From the IMG/VR virus record IMGVR_UViG_3300012953_000117, positions 1 to 31,701 of that record: DNA of 31,701 nucleotides; one strand, written 5' to 3'. Shown here in pieces: positions 9,719 to 16,550 of this stretch. Made by a program: the position numbers and the translations under genes. Within the stretch, counting starts at the first letter, position 1, and each line of letters opens with the position of its first letter. The notes under the pieces were generated by a model. It was not told where the DNA came from and did no database searches. It saw only the letters and a program-made list of their open reading frames with translations. Origin of the DNA: a virus. Lineage: Duplodnaviria; Caudoviricetes.

Positions 9719-10105
9719 TTAGTTATTTATCTCGTCCGTAATGCTCACGTTAGGTTCCACACTAAGATCAGTACCAAAGGTTGCTTTACCTTCTTCCTGT
9801 GGTTTCATAGTTTGACCGTATGCTTCCAGTACTGAAAGAATAGGTTCAACTATAGACACAACCCAATCAGGAGTCACAGCAATCTCTTCGTCATATGTAA
9901 GAGGTTGCCATCTTTCGAGAAGAATCCTTCCCTGATATATTTGGTTCCTCTCTTCAGTTTCAGGAACCATCTCCTTTTCAATTGCAATTTTATATGCATG
10001 AGTGAAAACAAATGCTCTACGTACTCCAGTATCCTTATCTTGGACCTCTTGTATGTCAGCAATAATATCTTCACCTGATTTTAACTTAACAACTTTTATA
10101 GTCAT
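9719..10105 (-). CDS. Sm-like domain protein
   Basis: IKVVKLKSGEDIIAD...WQPLT.DEEIAVTPDWVVSIVEP; clear paralog of 8623..8994. Confidence 0.75.
   Translation of the reverse strand: MTIKVVKLKSGEDIIADIQEVQDKDTGVRRAFVFTHAYKIAIEKEMVPETEERNQIYQGRILLERWQPLTYDEEIAVTPDWVVSIVEPILSVLEAYGQTMKPQEEGKATFGTDLSVEPNVSITDEINN
9724..9730 (-). promoter_or_regulatory. Late promoter ATAAATA upstream of the nucleotidyltransferase
   Basis: GATAAATA about 20 nt before the GTG at 9704. Confidence 0.55.
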
Positions 10106-10124
10106 AATAAAAATACAGACACTT

Positions 10125-10131
10125 TATTTAG
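10125..10131 (-). promoter_or_regulatory. Late promoter-like CTAAATA
   Basis: Overlaps the hsp20 stop; 20 nt before the ATG at 10105. Confidence 0.5.
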
Positions 10132-10559
10132 ATGTAATCTTTTCGTTGATGATGCTCAGGTACAACCTTACCTAAGTCGATAGTGAGGAGTCCGTCTTCC
10201 AACTTGACTTCTCTGACTTCAGTGTCGTCTGCGAGTGTCCATGATCTTTGGAAATCTCTTCTAGCCACGCCTTGGTGCTTAAACGCCTCTGCTGACTCCT
10301 TATCCAACTTGGCTCCATCGACACATAATTTTCCATGTTCGGTGTAGACATGAACTTCCTCCTTCTTAAATCCTGCTAATGCCACTTCTAATCTCGACTC
10401 GTGGCTATTTATTTGGATTAAATTATATGGAGGATAATTGTTTTGGGATGGAAAATTTAAAAACGAATTAAAATAATCGTCTAGTCCTATGCTGTTCTTA
10501 GTGATCTTCTCCATTAGTTCTGGAAGATCTGCAGCATGATATCTTTGAATGCTTGTCAT
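10128..10559 (-). CDS. hsp20: Small heat shock protein (Hsp20/IbpA-like)
   Basis: NYPPYN, LEVALAGF, HQGVARRDFQRSWTL, LEDGLLTIDL..VVPE; AAGGAG SD. Confidence 0.96.
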   Translation of the reverse strand: MTSIQRYHAADLPELMEKITKNSIGLDDYFNSFLNFPSQNNYPPYNLIQINSHESRLEVALAGFKKEEVHVYTEHGKLCVDGAKLDKESAEAFKHQGVARRDFQRSWTLADDTEVREVKLEDGLLTIDLGKVVPEHHQRKDYI

Positions 10560-10566
10560 TGTACTT

Positions 10567-10613
10567 CTCCTTAGAAAGCGAGTTTACTGTTTGTGGCCCC
10601 CGAAGGCGACCAT
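10567..10613 (-). promoter_or_regulatory. Structured hsp20 5' UTR: cUUCGg hairpin plus ROSE-like SD-sequestering stem
   Basis: UGGUCGCC-UUCG-GGGGCCA hairpin; CUCGCUU-UCU-AAGGAG pairs over the SD with a bulged G. Confidence 0.6.
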
Positions 10614-10616
10614 GAC

Positions 10617-10623
10617 TATTTAT
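10617..10623 (-). promoter_or_regulatory. Late promoter ATAAATA for hsp20
   Basis: CATAAATA directly upstream of the leader hairpin. Confidence 0.65.
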
Positions 10624-10699
10624 GGTAGTGTTATTGTATCATCCCGTACATTATCAGTAGTACTATCCGTATTAATACCTTTTTTGCACTTCAAAAGCC

Positions 10700-10706
10700 C
10701 TAAATA
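10700..10706 (+). promoter_or_regulatory. Late promoter-like CTAAATA for the plus-strand operon
   Basis: 30 nt upstream of the ATG at 10737. Confidence 0.6.
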
Positions 10707-10736
10707 AAAAAGGTACGAGTATATAGTTTTGTTAAC

Positions 10737-11234
10737 ATGATTAAAAAGGCATTGCTCTTTGGTATGTTTTTGATGATATCTCCTGCATCAGCAGAGATAG
10801 TTCATAAAATGAGTTCTAGTGTTCAGCTTACAGTTGATTCAGCTGCAAGTCAGGCAACTCGTTTGGGTTCAAGTTATACCGTCAGTGGTAATAATTTGAA
10901 AGTAAGCGATGGTGGATCCTTTGGTGGACTGGGTGCTCTTAGTTCAGGTACTGCTGTTAGTTATACACCATCAGCACTAGAATTAAACACTGTAGGATCT
11001 GCATTCTCCCTAAGTGAAACGTTCATAGAAGGGGATGATGTAACTTCAACATCTTCAGTATCATCTGGTGTTGTGGCTGCATTACCATTGCTTGGCTCGA
11101 CTACCACTACATCTGGTGGAGTTGCTGGCACATTAGCTGGTACAATCACTAGTGCTGGTGTATCAACGATAACAGCTGGTGGAGCTGGCACATCGGCTAC
11201 GGGACAATTTGTATCAGAGCTTACCATCAAGTAG
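10737..11234 (+). CDS. Secreted Ser/Thr/Gly-rich beta protein, unknown function
   Basis: Sec signal peptide MIKKALLFGMFLMISPASA|E. Confidence 0.8.
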   Translation: MIKKALLFGMFLMISPASAEIVHKMSSSVQLTVDSAASQATRLGSSYTVSGNNLKVSDGGSFGGLGALSSGTAVSYTPSALELNTVGSAFSLSETFIEGDDVTSTSSVSSGVVAALPLLGSTTTTSGGVAGTLAGTITSAGVSTITAGGAGTSATGQFVSELTIK

Positions 11235-11252
11235 TGGGGAGCATAAAAGATC

Positions 11253-11711
11253 ATGAATTTTGGAAAGATAACATCATTATCTGTAACTGCTGTGGTGGGT
11301 GCAAGTGCCATACTTGTACCTGTCAAGGCGGTCCCCGTGATCCCAAATTTTACCCAGGGCTCAATGACCAGCCATACGGAGACGACTAGTACCGTAAAAG
11401 AGACCATAAATAGTATGGATTATAATACAGGATTTACGTATAGTGTCTCGGGCCATGGCATCGAGGTTGATGGAGGAGAACATATAACACCACCCGATCA
11501 TACTAATACCACAAATGCAATTAATGGTGTGAATTCAACATGGACAAATTTAGATTTAGATACAAAACCACATTTCAAATTATCAACACCTGGAGCAAGT
11601 TTCTCCATGGTAGAAAGTTATACTGGAGCTGGGCTAATGAACCACACAGTAATACAAAGAGAAACAACGGTAACATCCGTTACCGACACAACAAGTATAT
11701 TCCAACAATAG
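11253..11711 (+). CDS. Secreted Thr-rich beta protein, unknown function
   Basis: Signal peptide ending PVKA|VPVIPNF; GGGAG SD. Confidence 0.8.
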   Translation: MNFGKITSLSVTAVVGASAILVPVKAVPVIPNFTQGSMTSHTETTSTVKETINSMDYNTGFTYSVSGHGIEVDGGEHITPPDHTNTTNAINGVNSTWTNLDLDTKPHFKLSTPGASFSMVESYTGAGLMNHTVIQRETTVTSVTDTTSIFQQ

Positions 11712-12544
11712 TACTATGTCTAACACAACTTGCGACTGCCCCTGTCACTCTGGCGGAAACTGTAGGGGGTGTAAGTGCAACCGCTAATCCAATAGCTAAT
11801 AGTTCTGGCTCAGTCACCAACCAGGCAATACAAGTTTTACAAGGTCCATACATAACAAATACTTATGGTGGTGGTATACAATGTCAAGGTGCAACGTTAA
11901 ATATGACACCCTTTGCGACTGGAGCAGCTTCTGTACAGCGACCATTTGAACGATATTATGACGATCCCGTCTACGACATCCATGACGCTGACGACGATGG
12001 GCAGATAGATAACCCAGGAAATATACTTTACTACGTACCAACTAGAACAGGACAGACAGATAGCTATAACTTATCAGTCGGAGTCAGTGCTACATGGTCA
12101 AAACCATTAGATAAGGAACTACAAGAATTATGTAAGGCAGCTGCTCTCACACACGATGAAGCAGTTCAACAAAATACTGCCAATAAACGGCTCGACTTTG
12201 AGATAGCCCGTTTAAAAAATTGTGGAACTTTAATGAAAGAGGGAATAATATTTAAACCAGGAAGCACCTACGCTAAAGTATGTGAAGATGTACAGTTAAT
12301 AAATCCAGTTGGAGTTGTAGCAAATCATACACATACCATTGACGTTACTACTTCTTCTTCAGAGGAGAAAGACCTTTCTTCTGACGATATTGATTCGCAA
12401 GAATCTCAGAACGAGAAGGTTTCAAAGGGGTCTTCCCTAATGTCTTTTGAATGGCTCCGATCACTTTTTTCACCAAAGGTTTCACAACCTTTAGAAGAGC
12501 ATCAGCAAGAGGTTTTGCTAATAGAGCCGATGTCGCTGCCGTAG
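11540..12544 (+). CDS. Secreted/outer-membrane candidate protein, start uncertain
   Basis: Internal signal-like segment RYRHNKYIPTIVLCLTQLATAPVTLA|E; DxDxDG motif; amphipathic beta strand YNLSVGVSATWSKPL; four Cys in the predicted mature region. Confidence 0.75.
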   Translation: MDKFRFRYKTTFQIINTWSKFLHGRKLYWSWANEPHSNTKRNNGNIRYRHNKYIPTIVLCLTQLATAPVTLAETVGGVSATANPIANSSGSVTNQAIQVLQGPYITNTYGGGIQCQGATLNMTPFATGAASVQRPFERYYDDPVYDIHDADDDGQIDNPGNILYYVPTRTGQTDSYNLSVGVSATWSKPLDKELQELCKAAALTHDEAVQQNTANKRLDFEIARLKNCGTLMKEGIIFKPGSTYAKVCEDVQLINPVGVVANHTHTIDVTTSSSEEKDLSSDDIDSQESQNEKVSKGSSLMSFEWLRSLFSPKVSQPLEEHQQEVLLIEPMSLP

Positions 12545-13127
12545 CAGCTATTGCAGCAGTGGTTGCTACCACTCCTGCTGTTGGAAGATATTCTTCTACT
12601 ACCGTTTTATCCTCATATAATGTTACACAGATTTTCGGTAACGCTTGACCTTGTGGGTTAGGTTGTAATTCATGTCCAACAACCTTTTCTTTACCACTCT
12701 CTGAAGAGTCACCTATTCTAGGATCCTTAGGTCCAGGACATTCGGGATCTGGTTGTATCTCAGGTGCTGCTGCTCCACCAAATCCTCCTGCATCACCAGG
12801 TGGAGGGATCTTAGGTACCTTTGCTGGTCCTGTTATTATTAATTGCTCAGGTTCAAAATTCATTGCACTAAAAGACGGCATAGAGGCATCACAAAATACC
12901 TTTATGCCGTTTTCGTCGTCGTCATTTATAGCGAAGTTACCTTTTTTATTCTGTTCATGTGCCTCTACACATCCAGGCATATCAATTACAGGTGTACCAA
13001 CCCTATCAACAATAGGATGGGATGGTATCATTTGATAATAATTACCAACAGCCCATACATGTACTTGAGGAATATCAAGATCTCTTATCTCAATATCCCT
13101 CAAAGATATATCACGAATTTCACCCAT
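12348..13127 (-). CDS. Membrane-anchored hypothetical protein
   Basis: 259 aa; four Cys, Pro/Gly linker, hydrophobic Ala-rich helix near the C-terminus, basic tail. Confidence 0.75.
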   Translation of the reverse strand: MGEIRDISLRDIEIRDLDIPQVHVWAVGNYYQMIPSHPIVDRVGTPVIDMPGCVEAHEQNKKGNFAINDDDENGIKVFCDASMPSFSAMNFEPEQLIITGPAKVPKIPPPGDAGGFGGAAAPEIQPDPECPGPKDPRIGDSSESGKEKVVGHELQPNPQGQALPKICVTLYEDKTVVEEYLPTAGVVATTAAIAATAATSALLAKPLADALLKVVKPLVKKVIGAIQKTLGKTPLKPSRSEILANQYRQKKGLSPLKKK

Positions 13128-13136
13128 TGGGAGATC

Positions 13137-13376
13137 CTAGAAAGGACTGCCTGGTGCTGGTAATCCTAGTCCTGCAGTAGGTGCAAAATCAGGTACTTCA
13201 AGAGCACCTCCTACACCACCACCAGCAATACCACCTAATGCACCACCAAGTGCTTCTTGCTTAATGTTGTCTATGATTGCGTCCTTGTTAAAGTATACGT
13301 AAGCACCACTGCCAACAACGGCAACAGATACAGCAGCAGACGCAACAGCAAGTACATTTACTATCTTTTGTAACAT
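13137..13376 (-). CDS. Small membrane protein
   Basis: N-terminal TM helix, Gly/Pro-rich tail; AGGA SD. Confidence 0.75.
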   Translation of the reverse strand: MLQKIVNVLAVASAAVSVAVVGSGAYVYFNKDAIIDNIKQEALGGALGGIAGGGVGGALEVPDFAPTAGLGLPAPGSPF

Positions 13377-13385
13377 GATTCTATC

Positions 13386-13853
13386 CTATAGTTTATAGTT
13401 TTCTTTTGGATCAGCAGGAATTATCTTGATTGGTCCTTGTTCAACTCTAATTGTTTGAGCAGGTGCAGTTTCTTTTGCTGCAGCGATCAATCTTTCTAAA
13501 TCAGCTTTGGTTATACCACCACCACCAGCAGCAGCTGCGGTAGAAGGTGCTGTGGTACCGTTACCATTGTTCTTTTTGTTTGCCGTCTGAACGCCAAAAG
13601 TAGCTAAAACTCCAGTAAACACCGAAGCTATGAAAGTTGGATCTAGGTCTTGCTTAGGTATTTGTAGCTGCGGAGGCAAATCTACGTACGCTAATGTCAG
13701 GATTCCACCACTCCAGACCAAAATTCCGAGGCGAACAAATGTACTAAGAATAGCCATCTGTTCTTCTTTATCATCTGTGGCTTCTTTTAATCTTCCAAAG
13801 AAACCTTTCGGTTTCTCTTCAGGGATCTTACCCTTCTTTATATCTTCAGGCAT
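13386..13853 (-). CDS. Two-TM membrane protein (holin-like topology)
   Basis: TM1 ILSTFVRLGILVWSGGILTLAYV, TM2 TFIASVFTGVLATFGV; TATAAATA upstream. Confidence 0.75.
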   Translation of the reverse strand: MPEDIKKGKIPEEKPKGFFGRLKEATDDKEEQMAILSTFVRLGILVWSGGILTLAYVDLPPQLQIPKQDLDPTFIASVFTGVLATFGVQTANKKNNGNGTTAPSTAAAAGGGGITKADLERLIAAAKETAPAQTIRVEQGPIKIIPADPKENYKL

Positions 13854-13874
13854 TTATACAGAAGTGACTTCTGC

Positions 13875-13882
13875 TATTTATA
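13875..13882 (-). promoter_or_regulatory. T4-type late promoter TATAAATA
   Basis: Exact consensus overlapping the regA stop codon. Confidence 0.8.
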
Positions 13883-14309
13883 CCAAAGCAGGTGTAGTTT
13901 TCTTTTTACCTATATTATACTTTGATTCTAATTCCCACTCATTCTTCTCTTTGTAGGCCAGGACTTTGATCTGGTTAAGTGGTGCTATATCTGTTATTGC
14001 ATCATCCTTTACTATGGATACCAAACCCCAGTCCGATAATAGTTGAGCAATACGATTACGACGCTGAACATCATTCTGTGTTAGGTTTGCTGTCTTACCA
14101 TCCAGAGCAAATAATTCTTTAAAGTGTACTATGTAGTATCTTCCCTGCTTGTGTAGAATATGACAGGATTGGTATAACTTCTTTTCTTTACGAGAAGCAA
14201 CCCCTATCCTAGATAAGGTCTCTCTAACTTTTAGAAAATCATCTGGTTGAGAAAGCTTCACCTCCACCATACTATCACGTGTCCACTGAACTTCAGCTAC
14301 TTGGGACAT
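13878..14309 (-). CDS. regA: Translational repressor RegA
   Basis: DDFLKVRETLSRIGVAS.KEKKLYQSCHILHKQGRYYIVHFKE; GGAGG SD favours the ATG at 14309. Confidence 0.97.
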   Translation of the reverse strand: MSQVAEVQWTRDSMVEVKLSQPDDFLKVRETLSRIGVASRKEKKLYQSCHILHKQGRYYIVHFKELFALDGKTANLTQNDVQRRNRIAQLLSDWGLVSIVKDDAITDIAPLNQIKVLAYKEKNEWELESKYNIGKKKTTPALV

Positions 14310-14703
14310 TATTTTTACCTCCACGGTTTAATTTCAATTTCAAGTGATCAATTTGATCTTTGTTTAGGATTTTAAGGATTGCTTGTGCCTTTTCGGTACT
14401 ATAATTATAGTACGTTTTGATTGTCTCAAGATCCTCTAATTTAACTTTCTTCTCCCAAGGAGAAAAACGCTTTCTTTTCCTAACGGTATTTATATAAAAA
14501 TCGTACTGAAGTTTGTTTGGTAATTCATAATATAAATTCATCTCATTAGCCAACAGTACTGTATCATAATGAGATGCCATACATTTTGTTACTACCCATG
14601 CAGGATATTCCTTCTCCCACGTAGTATCTTCTGAATCAAGCAGGTTTTGCTTTGTCTCGTTGATCGACTTCAGATATTCCGTCAAGCTGTGATTGTGTTT
14701 CAT
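14293..14703 (-). CDS. gp62: Clamp loader small subunit gp62
   Basis: LANEMN...LQYDFYINTVRKRKRFSPW...YYNYS.EKA; position directly before regA. Confidence 0.93.
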   Translation of the reverse strand: MKHNHSLTEYLKSINETKQNLLDSEDTTWEKEYPAWVVTKCMASHYDTVLLANEMNLYYELPNKLQYDFYINTVRKRKRFSPWEKKVKLEDLETIKTYYNYSTEKAQAILKILNKDQIDHLKLKLNRGGKNNVPSS

Positions 14704-15499
14704 AATTTAATAGAAGAAGTTCTTTACGTTTCTTTTGATCTGTTGTGTAAGTGTTAGTAGATCTCATGGTATAGGTTAAATCCCAATCCTTTTGATACCA
14801 GTTTAGGAACCTATCTTTAATATACAATTCTGAATTATATGTTATCATACACTGTTGGTCTGAAGCACATGCTTCTGCTGCAAACATTTCATGATCAAAT
14901 TGTTTATGCAACTTACCTTTATTACCATACAAGTTATCTTTAATGGCATATGGTGGATCTAAAAATACAAATGAATCCTTACCCCAAAGCATTTCAGAAT
15001 AATTATTATTAGTAATTCTCCATCCTTGAATCAATTCACCAATAGCAGGAAGTTTATCTATACCTCTAAAAGTAAAGTTCTGTCTAGATGCTTGCTTACT
15101 GAATGAACTATTAGCAGTCAAACCACTAAAGGAACATTTGTTTGCAACATAGAAATTAAACCCTGACTCATATACATCATTGTTTAATTTGTCCTTAGCA
15201 TTATCAAATGCTTCTTTATGTGCATCATAACTCTCACCCAGTTCTGTCTTTAATTCCCTTAGATCATGACACAACTTCTGTCCATTATCTCTGAGAGTCG
15301 TCCAAAAGGCATACAGAGGATAGTAAAGATCATTTACCCACACTTCAGTGTTAGGATAAGTTTGTGTGACGTACAACGCCATAGAACCACCACCAAGGAA
15401 AGGTTCTCTATAACTTTCTATGTGAGGTAAATGTTTTGACAAGAATTTAATCGCTCTGGACTTACCACCAGGATAGCGAAGAGGTGTGGTGTACTTCAT
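14636..15499 (-). CDS. dam: DNA adenine methyltransferase (Dam/D12 class)
   Basis: LRYPGGKS, EPFLGGGS, DPPY; target specificity not determinable from sequence. Confidence 0.9.
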   Translation of the reverse strand: MKYTTPLRYPGGKSRAIKFLSKHLPHIESYREPFLGGGSMALYVTQTYPNTEVWVNDLYYPLYAFWTTLRDNGQKLCHDLRELKTELGESYDAHKEAFDNAKDKLNNDVYESGFNFYVANKCSFSGLTANSSFSKQASRQNFTFRGIDKLPAIGELIQGWRITNNNYSEMLWGKDSFVFLDPPYAIKDNLYGNKGKLHKQFDHEMFAAEACASDQQCMITYNSELYIKDRFLNWYQKDWDLTYTMRSTNTYTTDQKKRKELLLLNYETQSQLDGISEVDQRDKAKPA

Positions 15500-15718
15500 T
15501 TAGAATACAAAATCATCTTGGTGAAAATTATTTGGTTCTGATTCTACTACCTCTAGTAGTATAGTATCTAGAACCCTATGAACTGAATTAGACATCATAC
15601 GATATCCAGTTCCAACATACATCTGTCCTGCAAATACTGATAGTGTAGCAGCACCCCAGAAAATATAATACCACCTAGATTTAACTTGGTGTCTTTGTTT
15701 CTTTGTCAATTTATCCAT
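15500..15718 (-). CDS. Small membrane protein
   Basis: Basic N-terminus, single TM WYYIFWGAATLSVFAGQMYVG. Confidence 0.7.
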   Translation of the reverse strand: MDKLTKKQRHQVKSRWYYIFWGAATLSVFAGQMYVGTGYRMMSNSVHRVLDTILLEVVESEPNNFHQDDFVF

Positions 15719-16305
15719 GATAAAAATTTCGATTTAGTTTTACTAGTTGATGCAAGTGAATCAATCAATTCATCCCATTTATCTGCCAGTACATAAGAAA
15801 AACCAATGGTGGTTCTTAAATTGTCAGTTGCATTATTAGGAGAAGCACCCCTATGTTGCCAATTAGATGGAATTAAAACTCCTCTATTAGGTACGTATGG
15901 GTAGTGATAATAATTATCATCATTATAGCATACAAATTCTCCACCCCATTCTTGATTCCATTCCATATTAGTAAAGAGAACAAAAGTCCATACCCAATCT
16001 TGTTTGAAATCTTTATGAAAGGTAGATACCTGACCAAAGGTTTGACCATTTACATGAATCTTACATAAGCGAATATCTTTCTTGATATGCTTTTGTATCT
16101 TCATCTTGATGATAGTAGCAGCTTGTAAAAACTGTTGCTTATCATGCTCCCATCTCATTCCCCAACAGAGATTGTCTTTATAATCCCCTCTAGAGTAAGA
16201 TGAATTACATAGTGCCCATTCTCCATGGTATAACTCATCATCTATTCCAAAAAAACATGGTAAGGGAAGTACCTCACCATCATAATGAATAGGGAATTCA
16301 ATCAT
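15706..16305 (-). CDS. 2OG-Fe(II) oxygenase
   Basis: HKD...WGGEF...PNRGVL..S...H...R.T.GF; ATG at 16305 is the likely start. Confidence 0.88.
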   Translation of the reverse strand: MIEFPIHYDGEVLPLPCFFGIDDELYHGEWALCNSSYSRGDYKDNLCWGMRWEHDKQQFLQAATIIKMKIQKHIKKDIRLCKIHVNGQTFGQVSTFHKDFKQDWVWTFVLFTNMEWNQEWGGEFVCYNDDNYYHYPYVPNRGVLIPSNWQHRGASPNNATDNLRTTIGFSYVLADKWDELIDSLASTSKTKSKFLSWIN

Positions 16306-16501
16306 GCTTATGTTCAAGTTTACCAGACATTTCATATGCACCTTGGTTTCCACCGTGTCCGTGTGCAATGCCTAACTCATGCATCTTAGAATGTTCATCA
16401 ATAGAATCTCTAAGTTCTTCTTTACCAGGACCGAAGGTAAGATAGATACCCCATCCTAAAAGAAAGAAAAGAAGACCAACGATAATGTAAACTAAAACCA
16501 T
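16298..16501 (-). CDS. psbN: PsbN-like photosystem assembly factor with His-rich tail
   Basis: TM helix then GWGIYLTFGPGKEELRDSIDEH, matching the PsbN pattern GY..Y..FGPPSK.LRDPFEEH. Confidence 0.8.
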   Translation of the reverse strand: MVLVYIIVGLLFFLLGWGIYLTFGPGKEELRDSIDEHSKMHELGIAHGHGGNQGAYEMSGKLEHKHD

Positions 16502-16521
16502 TGTATTTTAAAATCGTTTCT

Positions 16522-16550
16522 ATTATAGCACTACTTATGTGTATTGTCCA
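16522..16550 (-). promoter_or_regulatory. Sigma70-type promoter for psbN
   Basis: TGGACA-N17-TATAAT with TGn extended -10. Confidence 0.7.

Noticed and set aside
13170-13560. Gly/Ala codon runs (ccacca, gcagca)
   Set aside because: Low-complexity protein linkers, not a DNA repeat array or CRISPR
10961-13956. ORFs 10961..11407(-), 11814..12041(-), 12451(+), 12843(+), 13630(+)
   Set aside because: Opposite to genes that have signal peptides/TMs, SD sequences and promoters
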